A stretch of DNA of 64,000 bases, taken from the NCBI GenBank assembly GCA_964247055.1, contig OZ176054.1, forward strand, positions 1,922,001 through 1,986,000, read 5' to 3'. The notes beneath the pieces were generated by a model that had not been told where the DNA came from, searched no databases, and worked only from the letters and a program-made list of their open reading frames with translations. A program made the position numbers and the translations under genes. Positions 24,006-39,000 of the stretch are shown piece after piece. Positions within the stretch are counted from its first letter, which is position 1, and the number at the start of each line of letters is the position of its first letter. The DNA is from Paragordius varius. Its lineage: Eukaryota > Animalia > Nematomorpha.

Positions 24006-27000
24006 ATGTGCGAGGAAATCGTAAAGAAAAAAGAGCCTCTGTTTTTCTCATATTCTTCAAAATGGTATGTGGATTTAGAAGATTCTGATGTTGAATCTAA
24101 TTACACCGATATTTCATACTTTGAAATCACAGAGGATACAGATATTGACGCCCGATTCAATGTTTATTTGTTATCCAAATCGGGGAAACCCCTATTTTAC
24201 AGGTAATGTTACATTGTTGAATTTCTCATAAAAAACTATTTTTTAATATTTTTCATCACATTTCTGATTTTATTTTGCCCAAAGGCCTTAATCTTTTCTT
24301 GGCCACGGCTCAAAAAGATTGATATTTTGCTGATATTTTTCAATTTATAAATGCTTTAATTTTATCTTCGAAATTATAGTTTTTTTACCCTTGCATTTTT
24401 CTTTAACTATTACCGTGATAGTATATAGGCTTGATTATTAAGTGAAATCTTTATTTTTAATCACAGTCGAAAGAAATGTTTTACTTTTAACAAAAATTTC
24501 TTGAATACAATATGCTAATTTTTATTAGATAAAATGAAATTAATTTCAACAAATTATTAATATTTTATTAATATTAATCATCTACTTTATTTTCAACTAT
24601 ATGTTTTTATGTATATAAATAGATTTGGAGAAGACGAACATATCATACCACTTTTAGGCGTTGCCTACACCCTATTTAATACAATCACTGACCCCGATTT
24701 TGATGATTATTTCAATGAGGAAAGTAATGAAGATGTTATCGACCTTAGCTTACATAGTAATCAACGAATCTTAAATGCCAAAAAAGTTGAAACACTTAAC
24801 CCAAGTCCTTATCTAGTGATATCAGGGACAAGTCAAACCATAATATTTCTGAGTAAAAGCCCGCTACTTTTGATATCAAAATTTGCTAAACCACAGGCTA
24901 ATCACGATGATGATGACATTGATTATAATCCCCAGACGCTACTGACTAATTTGGAGAATGGAATCAAAAATTTAAATAGTATAGTGTAGTGTAGTTTAAT
25001 ATGATATTATTTTTACTATTGGTAAACAAATTTCTTAAAAAAAGTAACGAAACGCAATTTCCTAATATTAAAGTAGATTACATCTTAACCAGATTAATTA
25101 AAATATTTGTTTCATAATTTTTGCTAAACAATAGGGTGAGAAATCTCAAAAAGATTTTACTTTAACACATTTATTGGATACCTATATAAATATATGGCTT
25201 TTCGATATTCCTACCTGAATTATATGCTAAAAATTGTTTAAATCCATTATTATCGCAAAACTTATTTATGCATTTGTAGATAATAAATCCTCGTATGCTT
25301 CGCCATCATTGGGTAGTTCCTCTTGTTTCCAAACTTCGATATACCAACAATTCCTTTGCCTTAAACGTATGCGTGATTTTATTCTTAGTGTAGCAACGCA
25401 AAGCGCCCTTGTCATGGCATATGAAAAGTATCACAATTTCAACCTTAATACATTCCTGGCAGGTTCGGAAAAAATGTTAAATTTTTGGTGTAATCGATTG
25501 GAATCTAATTTGTGCCTAGCACTCTCTGGCATACAATATTTACAATGTAATCCAGTCCTGAGAACTTCTATCCACAAAATTATGGTTCAAGCCGTGGCAG
25601 ATAAGGTTTTTTTTTATTACATTGGATGTATTTTGTTGAAAAAAAAACGTTATTATTTGAACGGGTTGAAAAGTTACAGATTTTTACTTTTAACGATTTT
25701 CCCCCCATTCAGAGAAATATACATGGTGCTTATTAAATAAATTTTTATTAAAATTATGTATTTTATTTGTTTTACAGATTTTACTTAAAAATTAAATAAG
25801 CAAATATAATTTTTTATTTTTTACTTATGTTCATGGCCTTAAATACTCTTGTACTACTTAATTTGAAACCTGTAAGTTTCTTTCATCTATATGCTGAAAA
25901 GTCGATCTTTATTTTTTGTTTAGTGTGGTTGATGATAATCGAATAAGCTATTAAAATTAGTTTTTGGCGCTGCTAATTTAAAATTTGTCCAAAAATAATT
26001 TATTTTATACCTTTTATGTAGAATGTCATTTTTTCCCTGTTGTTACACAAACAATACGTTATAAATTTGGTTCAAAGTGATCCATATGTCCTAACCATTA
26101 CCGATCTCCATCTCCTCATGAATATGGTGGAGAGTTGTGCTTCAACCTTTAAAAGTTCTGAAATAACTTGCACCCCGATATGTCTACCAAATTTTAATTC
26201 AGAGTATGGTTTTTTTTAGTATAAAATAAATAACGCATAATTGGTTTTACTGTTTTTTATATTTTATTTGGAAGCTATAAAAATATTATAGCATTCGATA
26301 ATTTTAATATATAACTTTTGAATCGGTTCTCAAAAAGTAACCTAATTAGTTTTATAATGATATTATCTTTTTTTTATTTTTAGGCAATTTTTAAGCGCCC
26401 ACGTTTCGTATTTGGATGTGCGAAAAAGGTTTTGCCTCATTTTTCTAACGTTTTCATTTGACCATTCCATTGTTTTCCCCAATTTATCAGCCGCCAAAAA
26501 CAGTATTCTTACGGTAAGTTTTATTGTAATTATATTTTCGGTTTCACTAAAGCATATTGGCACTATTTTTAGTGTTTAGCACAAGTGTTACATTGTACTA
26601 ATTAGATAGAGCGTTACGATCAAAAATATCTTATTTTTCATAATAAATTGTAATTTATTATCTCTAAAATGCAAAACAAGGAATAATTTATAGTTCGGAT
26701 CTACCTAGCTATTTCACAATTTATCACTCAATAAATTTTTTTAATATTTATACTATTTCAATAACTATATCTATCCAAACCCAATATATATATATATATA
26801 TATATATATAATGTAGAATTTTAACGATAAAGATCACCTCACCTCCCTTTCAAACATTATTGAAGAGAGGAAACATGTGTACACGATTTCACAACTCAGA
26901 TCTACAAAGCTTGTACATAATTTAACGCTTAGTAACAGTCCTTCTCATAATATCAACTCCTCCACTACAGACCCCAGTAAAAAGGCCAATGTTAAACCCA

Positions 27001-28940
27001 GTAAAGAAAAGATTGGTATTGAGGAACGCTTAACCAATTCAAGTCATGTTTATATCAATGAAGAAAATATTGAACAGCAAAACGACAAATCAAACGAAAA
27101 AAGTAAAAAACATATAAATAGCGATAAAAAAGCGTCGGCTATAAAAATGCAATGCCTACGTCAAATTACACATTTTGTGTATGTGGCTAAGCCTGGGAAT
27201 TATATAACAGCTCCGGTTTTTGAAACGCGTGGCGGTACAACAACAATAATGTCATCACCATCAAATGAGATTTATGATAGAGGTACATACCTTAGTTTTA
27301 GCGCAAAAAAACATTTTTCCAAATATATTTTTGCACTAACTTTTATTATTGTTAATAATGATTATTGAGTTATATTTTGGGTATTTTTTTGGAATTTAGT
27401 ATCCCCAATAAGTCCTATAAAGTGCATCAAAACAATATAATTTTAAAACACAAGTCAAATTTTGCTAGGAGATTTTTAAATAAATTTATCATAATTAAGT
27501 ATCATTAATACCGAAAAAATCTGTTTATACTACGTTAATATATTCGTAAATAAAAATCGTAAATATTACTTTTAATAATCAAAACTCTATTTAGAAAGGA
27601 AATCTACATCTACACCCACGTCCCAATATGCATGTATCAATGAAGAGTCACCCTTAACAACGGGTCAAAAACGACAAATTTACATGGCATATTGTGACCT
27701 TAAATCTCGGCTTCTTACAATCCCTCCCGATTCTTTTGTGTATTCGGATTTGATGCCCAAAACTAATTCGCACACCACAGCCAAACATGTTGGAACTAAA
27801 ATGAATAAAAAATTTGATAAAAATAAAGATATGCCCCCTTATGTCATTCCAATAAAGTAATTTTTACTAAGAAAAAAACAATACAAGCGATAATTTTTTG
27901 CAAAGATAGCTACTCATATCTTAAGAATGCGAAAGATTATTTTCAGTCGGTTGTTTTTTTTACCAAAATCAACTCTTATAGATAATTTTTCTGTTTTTTT
28001 CGTCCTTTTATTAAACTTGTATTTCGTTTTTATCTCATTTAGTTTTGCTACTAGCGCATTTGACATTGATTGTTTACGACGCCATAACTCTCCTCTCACA
28101 TGTTCAGACCACCAAATTAAACAATCTCACATTGAAGACAGTTTCCAAAAGATTAACATTGCGCACCTCAATGACCAAATCAAAAGTGAAAACCCAACCA
28201 AATTTGCATCTATCCTTGCGTCACCACAAAATTTCCTCAGTTCTATCTTCAGTTCTGGAGATATCGATGCGACGACACCCTCTCATAATCCACCTTTAAA
28301 ATCTAATTCTTTATTGCATTTACCAACATCACAGCCCTTTGATAATAATGGTCAAAATGCATCCTTAAATTCATCGCATCTCTTGACAAATCTTGCTGGT
28401 AAAACTGGAACTGGTAATGAAAATATATCATTCATACAAATTAGCTTATCGGATGGAATTGCGTGTTGTTGGGTACATATATAAATTTTGTACGTTCAAA
28501 TTTTAAAGACAAATATTTTTTTCATAAAGAAAACCATACATTTACCCTGATTATTTCTATTATACCTAATGATTACAATGGGTTAAATGTGTAATTATGT
28601 GTGTTACCAATTTACATCTCTAAAATTTATTTCGCATTCTAAAATGGTAGGTTATATTAAAAAAATTAAGGCTTAGAAAAGTGTGGCTGTTTTATTTGTC
28701 TTTTAAATTTTACGTTTTTTCTTTATATATCAGATTTTTACTAAAACCTTTTTTCAATTTTTCATAGTGATTATCTTCTTTTGAGTATTTTATATTAAAT
28801 TTTAGAAAGAATTAAGGTACGAATTGTATGCTTATTTCAAACCTTCCGCCACAGATTCTGATATAGCCGTCATAAAACAATGCATAGTTAAATGGGTACA
28901 ACAGGATTACAAGAATTTATTCCCATTAATAAATTTATGA
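24006..28940 (+). CDS. MON1: Vacuolar fusion protein MON1 (SAND; subunit of the Rab7 GEF), 9 exons, 823 aa
   Basis: Exons 24006-24202, 24623-24978, 25280-25605, 26022-26203, 26384-26513, 26817-27282, 27595-27856, 28055-28472 and 28806-28940 (2472 nt). Motifs VYLLSKSGKPLFYRFGEDE, FLAGSEK, DLHLLMNMV, TPICLPNFN..FLSAHVSYL, THFVY, YELYAYF...IVKWV. Confidence 0.92.
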
Positions 28941-29577
28941 TAATTATCAAAGGATTTGTGAAAATTAAAGTTAAAGTGTATGCACAATAAAATGCAATAC
29001 TCAATTTTGTACGGTACAACCTGTATTTATAATCAGACCAAATATATTCTTTATTATTTAAAATAAATGTCATATCATATCATTTATAAGTTATGTGTGT
29101 TCATTTTTTGTTTTGAAGCTGTCCGCGGCCCGCGCGTGTGTCATGCTCGTTATTTTTTTTTTAGTCTATATTTGGATGACGGTAAATTAAATTTTTTATA
29201 ATGCTGTATATCTTTATTAACCATTATTCCTACAAGAATTATAATAATTTTAACCTAGATCAATTATAAAATTGCAGTAAAATACCAATTTCATTGTTAA
29301 ATGCTTAGATAAAATCAAAGAAAGTATATATTTAATGATTAAATCTTTTTGCCATTGTATTAAGATCGGAATCGCTGTGATTTCTGACCGGTTATATAAA
29401 TTATCCCTTTTTATAAATTTCACAACTTAAAAATATTCAACATGTCTAAGGGTGATTAACAACATTTTGTGTAAATAGAACTTTGTGACAAACGTTTGAC
29501 TGTAATAAATGCGATTTAAATTAAATTGGTATTTTCTAACTATGTTAATACTAGTTTATCTTTCCACTTTTTGTCCT

Positions 29578-30058
29578 TTACCTTTTGGGGTAGTTTTATA
29601 TCTCAGAGCTCAATTTTGTTAATTAACTACAGTTTTGAAAGTTGTTTTAGTTAAAATTTGATTATCATACATTGTTCTCATTTAATAAAAAAAAGTTTAA
29701 ATTTTTTACAGTCTTGTGACTTCTAGAATCTAAAATTAGGACAGCTGTGAATCGCTATTGAAACAAACAGCTGATATTAAAATGAAAATATATCAAGTTT
29801 TTGCTGCTAAAATGATGCCTACAAGCTTTTTAAAATTAATTACATTTATTCGGGCAATTTAGTAAAAATTTATAGAAATAAATGGCGGCAAAAGGGGTTG
29901 AGCATTTTTTACATTTAATTTTTTAAAACAAATTTTTATATAATGCGTTTAAAAGACTAAAAGAAAGCATATTTTGGATTCGGCTTAATACATTAAATCC
30001 TTTTTAAAATATTTAAATTTTAAATCGCTCTGAAATATAAAACTACCCCAAAAGGTAA
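29578..30058. mobile_element. MITE with 32-bp near-perfect TIRs
   Basis: ttaccttttggggtagttttatatctcagagc (29578) and gctctgaaatataaaactaccccaaaaggtaa (ends 30058): 31 of 32 positions complementary. Confidence 0.75.
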
Positions 30059-30733
30059 CGGAGCGTTAATTATTTGTTTATTACCTACATTCATTGGTTG
30101 GTTCTGTAAAAAGGAAACGCTGTTTTGGTCATAGTGGGATTAAATTTTTTAATATATATAATGTAGAATTACAAAATTTATTAGTTTCCTAATTCTGTCT
30201 TAAATTGGTGTAGTCAAAATAAACTATTAAAAAAACACAATAACTTAGATACAAGAGTTACGCCAAGAAAATTCCAAATTATCCAAAAAACCTTTTGCAT
30301 AATGCATTAATTACAAAAAAATATTCTATAAAGAAAAACACATATTAATATTCATTAAGAATAATAAAATGTTTATTAGTCTTTTAAACTTTCGCTTGGA
30401 TTATAATAATTTTAATCACAAAATTGTATTTGTGTTGATTATGCTTTAATGTTCATTTATCTGGAAAATTTTATTACTTGAAGTGAAGAGAAAAATTTAA
30501 TCATTAATATTTATTCTTTTTTAATAAATTATCGGCTTATGATTGAATTATCAATTAAGATTTTATGTTTTTTATTTTGGAATGTAGCTTAAAACTTATG
30601 TAAATAAGAGATGGTAAAGGCATGTCTTATATTTATGGCTTTATTAAATAATATTATGGTTTAAACTAAATTATTTTTATTTAAAAATATGTCACCGCTT
30701 ATATTTTTGCTTTTAGGGCTGATAATTCATTTT

Positions 30734-31026
30734 TATACCATTTAGAATTTAAATTCACCCTTGAAGAATTCATCACCCTTGAACAATCAAATTCACCCTA
30801 AAAATAAATTATGTGCTTTCGGGTTAATCTCATTATTAATATGAAATATATTTTTATGGTTTAGTTTATTATTTTTCAGTATTATTTTAATACAAACAAA
30901 ATTTTTAGAAATATGAAAAAATATAGGCAACATTATTTTAGGGTGAATTATGGTTCGAGGGTGAATTTAAATTGTTCAAGGGTAAATTTAATTGTTTATG
31001 GGTGAATTTGAAGTGTAAATGGTATA
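30734..31026. mobile_element. MITE, TACCATTTAC family (copy B, reverse orientation)
   Basis: tataccatttagaatttaaattcacccttgaa... and ...gggtgaatttgaagtgtaaatggtata. Internal core ttcgggttaatctcattattaatatgaaatat is the reverse complement of the core in copies A and C. Confidence 0.8.
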
Positions 31027-33557
31027 TATAAAATCAAAGAGCAATGTGGTAAAATACCTAATGTATTTGACAAATATTGGTTTGCATTGTAAAAAGGCTT
31101 GAGCTCTAAAAACCCAACGTTTGAAATATCTCCTTTTGCTAAAAATGTTTTTACAATAAAACATAAACTGAGAAACATATGTTGATAGAAGTTAAAAATT
31201 CATAATAGCGAATTTTTATGATAAATTTCAAATTTAAATATGTTTATTATGTATTAATGTGTTTGAAACATAATTTTATCGTTAATGTTAGACCTTATTT
31301 AACACAAAAAACGTTGTTTGCTTGTTTAAAATCCGTCGAATAAATTTTTATAGTTGTAAAATAGATGTCAAGATCAAATATAAAAAATATGGTTTTTTAA
31401 AAATGAAAATTATTTTTGCGTATTTTTTCGCAATAAATACATGTTTTATCTGTTAAATTATGTAAAAATTGGAATATAATTCATATACTAACGGTATATT
31501 CTATATTTAAACTTTGTATTAGGCTATAAAATAAATATTATGTTTTAATGCCCAACACCCTAATCGTGATGAGGAAACTGTAAGTATATTTAATTGGATA
31601 AATAAAATTGAAATTAAATATTATGATAGGTAAATGACTTACTTTAAATTATATTTAATTGTGTTTAAATACATAGGATTGGGTTGAACCGTGACGTAAA
31701 CGCTTTTAAAAATAATTATGATTTTTTAACATATGTTTACCATTACAACATAAGCATAATGGTGTAAAACTCTTTCATTTTTTAACAAATTTCGAATTTT
31801 TAAAATTATTATTTTGTTTGTCATTACCAATGTTATTTCTGCAATGTTAAATATATTTCTGATGATGGTATTGATTGACTGGTTGATATCCAATAAAAAA
31901 CCGCAGTTCTTTGATATAAAAGTTAACCATTTGTAGCCAAATTTAATCACTGAAGCTATATAAATAACTATGTTTTAGATAAGAAAAAAACGTATTGATC
32001 TTTTCGCACAGCTATATTTTCCAATTTTTGCTATTAACTCAGGGACCTTAGTTGACTCGGTCAAATTTTGTTATTTTACATTATTTTTGGTTTCTGCTAC
32101 ATATATTTTGAATTTGCAATCTGGAGTACTATTTATCCTATTGTACATCGATGGATCATGATCTATTCTATATCATTATCCCAAGTAATGCTGCTTTCAG
32201 GCGTGATTTAAAAATATATAAACCACCAAATTCTATTCTGCGTTAATAACGTAATATAATTATTAAAAATATATGAAATTCTTGAGTATTAAAAAAAATG
32301 CGAAAAGCCCTTTCATAATTTCGACATTCATTGGTTAAGTGTTTAAGTCATACTAACGCGCTTTAATTATTTTGTAATACGCAACGATATATGTGATATT
32401 TTTGTAATTGACATTTTTAGCCTACGTTTCCGTTGTCGCATTTTTAGGTTACATACTTTAAACACGCACAGCTAAAACTAACACACATCAAATACATACA
32501 AATTGAATGATACATTATACCTAATAAACAATTTTATTATTTGATATTTAGTAATAACTCAATATTTACAAAAAAAGCCGGGCGATCATATATATTTGAT
32601 GATGATAATCATACGAAAACAAAATTTTTTACAATCAAAAACATTGATTTAAGTAGAAGCTTTACACGTTTATGGTGTTATTTTTTTCATTCAAAAAGTT
32701 AATGAAAAAAAAAGATTACGTTAATTATATTTTGATATATAGTTCTAGAGTTACCAACTTACTTTGATCATGCTACCATTTTTATGTTAATATATCAATA
32801 ATATAGCTATTTTTTTCACATTCACAAATTTGTAATGTATAAATTGATCAATTTTAATATGCTTGTCTGTAATACATATATACATACATATACATAATGT
32901 GTGTTTATTTGAACAAATTTTTTTTACCTGCCTTCGTAATGTAGTGTAAGTAAGGGTTGGTTGGTATAAGAAGCAGTAAAAATAGTAAGTAAGGTGTATA
33001 GAGAGAGAGAACTAGCTGGTAATGTTTTATTTTATTTTTTTCTCAAATTTTTGATTTTTTTAGCTATCATTTCGTAATTATTTCAATATATTTGGAATTT
33101 TGAGTAATTTTTTTAAAAATTGGGATTTATTCGCTTGAGTTATTAAAATCACATCACCATTCCCATATCGCTAAAGGTAAATAAAAAGATTAATATTTTA
33201 TATTAAATGTTAAAACCAAACTAAACGTATATAGAAATTTGTATTATTTTAAGTTTTAAATCCTTTCGAATCCTTAAACTAAATACAATATTTATCATGA
33301 GAATTTGAGAATAAGCTTTCCATCTATTAACGGCTTTTGTATTGAATTTTTTATTGGGATTAAACTTTTATATTATTTTAATGGATATATACATATCTAA
33401 AATTTGGAACATTTATCATTTCAGAAAATCATTATAACCAATATACCAAAATATATTTTAAAATAGGCGTTTTTATTTTTTTGAATGGGATTTTATTGAA
33501 ATTCTTTATGGAGAATTATGTATGAAATTATTTGTAATGCAACACCATTAATTAAAA

Positions 33558-33800
33558 CAGGGTTGTCCAACACAAATAGCTTCGTGAGCCACATTTTTTT
33601 AAAAAATCCCGGTGGCAGCATTCGAAGCATATATGGGCATTCATATGCATTTTTTATATCTAAACATATGGCTGCAAAATTCAAACGCAATATAACATCT
33701 TTTAGTTCTTGCCAATTGAATAGACTTATTTAAAAAAAATTATTTGAAAAATATCAATTTATAAATATCCAAATTTTTCGTGGATAGGGCCGCATTTAGA
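33558..33800. mobile_element. hAT (Charlie-like) MITE remnant
   Basis: Starts cagggttgtccaac...gagccaca; gggccgcat near 33787. Right end is decayed. Confidence 0.4.
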
Positions 33801-36086
33801 TACCAAAAAATATTTTTACACAAAGTTTATACAATTATTTAATTTAAGGCGGTGACAATGTTTATTTGAACCTATTATCATCTCACAATAACTTAAAATA
33901 GGTCTAAATTGTTGGGATGATTCTTAAAAGTTGGAATATCCTCGTTTATGAACCCTTAGTTTAAACACAACAATAATGTATAAAATATACATCCAAAACC
34001 CGTGAGTTAAAATGAAAAATATTTATAAATAAAAGTTTCAATATGATAGCGTTATAACAATTTGCTCTTGCATCAAATTAAATAAACAAATTATAATTTC
34101 TAGGCTAAAAACTTTTTTTATTGGAACCACTGTTAAATTTAAGATGTAAATCCCAAATTTAATATAACTTGTGAAGAGTTTTGATTAAACAGGTAAATAC
34201 AGCGTTTTTGAAATACATAATCGGTATAAAAGACACATATAAAATATATTTATACTGGATAATTATTATTATTGATGTCATATGAATATAAATTTATTGA
34301 TTAGATTAAGAAAATATAATAATGATTTGATTTGCATAAAAAAGAAAGAAGCCATTAAAGAAATCATCAAATAAAATTGTTTTATGTTAAAATATGCAAA
34401 TAGGAGCAGGACTCTATACTTAAATGGATGGCATGATCCTTATAAAATATATGTATAAACAGTAGAGTATGGTATCAAGAAAACTTTGTCCAATATTAAT
34501 AAAAAAATTAATGTTAAAATATAAGAAAAAATTGTTTAATTCAACCATTTGTTGTTTATTACCATACATTACTGTATAAGCAAAAAGTTTAAACAGGTAA
34601 ATAAAGAGCCACCATAAGATAATTTTATTAAAATTTTTTAAATGTTAATTTTAATCATAACACTCTCATTTTTTATGGTATAATTAAATTTATTTTTTTT
34701 ATTGTTTTTTTTGAACAAAATATATAATTATTATCCATTATTATTTATTCAATCAATAAAATTATTTTTTTATTTATTACCATTTAAGGTATACGTTGCT
34801 CAAAATTTTACCAGTTCTCCCAATAAAACCAGCTCTAAATTTCTCAGAAAAAGAAAAAAGATATAAACATTAATTATTTTGTTACATTTTCACCTGTAAT
34901 TTACGAAAGTTTATTGCCTGATTAATATATCATTTTGCAATATTTTTTGATATAGATTATATTATTTTGAATTGACTTCATCATTAATTATTCAGAATTA
35001 TCAAATATTTATTACATCATATAGCTAGCTATCCCTATATCGTTTGTATCTTAATTATATAAAATTGAAAACTAAGCAAATTATACCAGGTAATGTTTAT
35101 ACGTTTCAAAATTTAGCTGATACGATATATAATATTGATTTGATAGCTTTTTTTTATTTCCATAACAATTAAAAATTATTAAATTCCTATACTTAGGTAT
35201 TTACCCTGTTTTTTGTTAATATATTAAAACAAAATTAACTGTACTCAATATGTATCAAACAATACTTTAAAAGCTCGATAAGAAATAGTGTAAAATAAAT
35301 TTTCAGTTGGTTTTAATTTTCTACACTTCTAAACTTAAAAGTAATTATGCGTCATCTTGGGAAAATTAGAATATGGTGATTGAATGCATGAAGTGGAAAA
35401 TAAATTTGAGAATGCCATCAAATCTAATTTTCTTGTGATACGTTTTTTAGCCATTTATCAAACACAAAATTATCGCTTTTCCCATGATTTCTCGCTTTCA
35501 TGACCGGAATGGATAAGATTTTTATCTTATTGAATTAAGAGTGGATTTATAAACACTTTAATGATGTTTTATATTCCATTTAAAATACCAGCTAAGGGAG
35601 GCTATTTGATTAAGAGTTAATATGGGGCATTTAAATTTTTTCAATATTTAGTATTGACAATTAAGATTTTTATTTTGGGATTTAATAACACTATATACTG
35701 AAAAATATTTCAAAAGAAATCTTACATATTACATATTTAAAAATTTTAAAATGTCATCTTTTAACAAAGAAGTGCCTAACAATTTTTTATAACAATTATA
35801 TTAGCCTGATGATGTTGTGTACAATCAGTTAAGGAATGCAATTGGTGGTTAAGAAAAGGTGAAAAAAAATCTAATGACCTTTTTTAGACAACATTTTATG
35901 GATAATGGTTAATAGATATAATAATGTAATCAACTAATATCACCAATTCTGGTTTTTAATTATCACATGATTATTCTTTTATATTTCATTTTTATAGGAT
36001 AGGTTATTAACGCAATCATCATCACAATATTTGAATTCACAACCACGAAATATCTATTTCCCTGAAAAAATTTACAATAAGCCTTT

Positions 36087-39000
36087 ATGTCAAAACCAAT
36101 CGAAAAAAATAACGATGATATTGAAACTTTTGTTATGAACGGTCCCTCAGAAAATGACACAATACAACAACAAAACGAAGATGGAAGTGACAGTGATGGC
36201 GTTTTCAGAAAATCATCGATAACAGAAACCAATACCAAAATTTTTAATAAGGCAGTGGCTAATAAAACTAAAGCCCCACAATATTTGATCATATTAAATG
36301 TCAAAAACCATTTAAATACAGAAAACAACATGGTGAATTCTGTCGTCTACCAACAACCGGTTATTTCTTCTGACGAAAATAATTTGCAATTATTGGAAGT
36401 TTGTGTGTTTGATGTTAGAGCTCGGGAGGTATTTAACATATGTATTTTTTTTATATACGTGCAAAGCTTTGTCTATCATTAGTTAGTTAATTAGTTAATA
36501 TAGCTATATCAATCTCTTTTAAAATTGGGTGTTGTACAATTATATATACTCTTTTATAATAATATCGGTTTTTATAATTTTGGTACGAAAATAGAAAATT
36601 AATTATGTACAACTAACCTACCTGCAACTCACCAGGTTGGAAAGAAAGAAGATGTACATAAAAATTGTTCTCATTTTGTAGCGAGTCAAGGTCAACCAAC
36701 ATTACATCAGTTTTTCGTGTTTATTTAATAGATTATATAATATAGTGAGTTAAACTGAATATAAATAGCAATAATTAATAAAAACTTTATTAAAATATTA
36801 TGAACGGGCCATGTATGTTTTTTAGAATCATTTTAGAAATAACCGCCATCAAGAATACAAAGTATGAATGAATTGTTTTAAAAGATGATAAGGCATAATT
36901 AAAGTATATGGTGTAGTATCGTAATTCGTTTGAAAATTAAATGCTCCAATTTTTTAGTTATGCATTTTGAATATCAAAAGTTAAAGTGGGCAACATGCAT
37001 CCTTTCCTCTCATTCATTTATATGATATATAATAATTAATAATTTTTGATGTAAGTTCAAAATCAAGCGATTGATACTGAAAACTTTTTTTGCTTGAAAT
37101 TTAGTTTTATGTATAGAAGCGTACCTAGCTACTTGGATTTATTATATTTTTAGTCAAAGGATAGTATGATTGGTATTTCAAAATTTATTTATTTGTTCAT
37201 TATAAATTGTTTTATAATATGTTTACCGATTAGGTTATATAATTGGATCTTTCAATTTTTATTAAAATATCGACTATCGAGCAATTGGTTTTAATACTTA
37301 AAAGATCTAACGTTTTTTAAACTTATATCATTATCATTTTATTTTTTCGCATCCAATATTACATATTGTCAAAAGTTAAATACTTGGCTTTAAGTAAATG
37401 TCACAATCAAAGAGCCAGCTCAGGCTTAAGTGAATGTCTTTTCCAAATAAGACTTTTCAAATTAAAATAATTGATATATTTTAATTTTTACAAATATTTG
37501 GCCAAATTTTTAATGTTTTGTGAATATTTTCAATTATCGTTTGAAAATATATTGAAGCGTGCGTGATATTTATTAATAGATAATACTGATCTCTTAAAAA
37601 TGAAGCTTTAGTTTATGTAACAAAAACTTGGTTTGTAATATATTCATCTTTCAAATTAAAAAGACACATAGTAAGTTATAACTAAATGTTAAGTAGGATT
37701 GATGCTATTTTCACTAAAAAATGAAATTATAAAGACAAAATGTAAAAACATAAAGACAAATATTTAATTTTCAAAAGTGTATACTTTTTAAATTTGGTTT
37801 TTCAAATCATTGTTTTATACTGCATATTTTGAAATATAGATGTTACTTGCACAATCAATTATTTCAAAATTGTAATTAAATAGTCTATAGCAAAACAAAA
37901 AATTTTGTTAGTCTGCCCGTTTGTCTGTATGATTTTTTACTGTAAAGGCTCATCCCATTTCGTTTTGTAAACCAGCACAGAAAATGTGTAATTCTGGAGT
38001 TGTAAGATTTGTTGTATGACTTAAGAGTATTTGATTAAACTATTTGAGATGCTTTTTTAAACTGCAGTGTATTAATCGCGCAACTCTATACCAGTAATAA
38101 ACTGGATGTAGCAGGATATTGCGATATTTGGCAATATAATTACAATTTTGATAAAATTTTTAAATTTCTGTAAGCAGAGTAAAACAATCAAATGATTTGA
38201 TTAAAAGTATTACGTTTCATATAAAATAAATATATTACTTATATAACTTTGTTTGTTTAGTCTGGAACTTGTTAACTATTAAAGTATTTTGAAAAATAAT
38301 ACTACAAAATTAAAAAAAAATTTGAACGTGTTGTATTTTGCCGTGAGTTAAACATCTAAATTGAAATGATTTTAACAGCACACCTCTGCATTATAATACC
38401 ACCCTTTTCACTCATATTTAAATTTAATAGGTTTACATAGTTAGAACTTAAGCTACCAAATTTGAAGATTAAATTTTAGAAATATCGTTTAAGAGAAGAT
38501 ATCGTTTTATTTTAAATTATTAAAAATATAAATAGTTTTAATTGATTTGTTAGGTATATTGTAAGAGGGCGCTAATTGCATAAAATGCTCTATAAAATAG
38601 CTGCCAGATAAACTAAAGACTTTTATTACGTCTAGTTTGATTAATAATTACATGGATTTTACAGTGGTCTTATATGGTTCCGAAAATCAAAAAAACGAGA
38701 AAACTATTTTCCGATATAATGTAACACATAATCGCGGCGACTTTTAAATTTATAAGTCCACTTTTAAAAAATTCAAACAACTAAGTTTTAAGGTGCCTAC
38801 TTATTAAAATTAATAAATAAAAAGTTTCTTCAAGTGTTTGAAAGGATGAACGTTTGACAAAAATATTTAACATGGATGTATTGTGTAGCTTCAAGGCTTT
38901 CTAAATGTTTTTTTATGTATTACATAGAGGGCAACCACAAGTCACAAAAATTTCGTAAGCAAATAAGGGTCAATGGTTTTGAAAACTCCACTTTTTGTAT

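Noticed and set aside
28414-28444. Possible second ultrashort (about 31-nt) intron in MON1
   Set aside because: Reading through (GNENISFIQ...ACCW|) keeps the frame, matches the MON1 ENL..W position and splices in phase to the last exon, so no intron is needed.
32000-32200. Minus-strand peptide SMYNRINSTPDCKFKIYVAETK resembling a GIY-YIG/Penelope endonuclease, and an open hydrophobic plus-strand frame
   Set aside because: Similarity is too weak and there is no adjacent reverse transcriptase or partner exon.
36620-36720. Strong antisense donors (ctg|gtgagt, cag|gtaggt) in ESRP intron 1
   Set aside because: No convincing acceptor, ORF or further exons; cannot support a nested gene.
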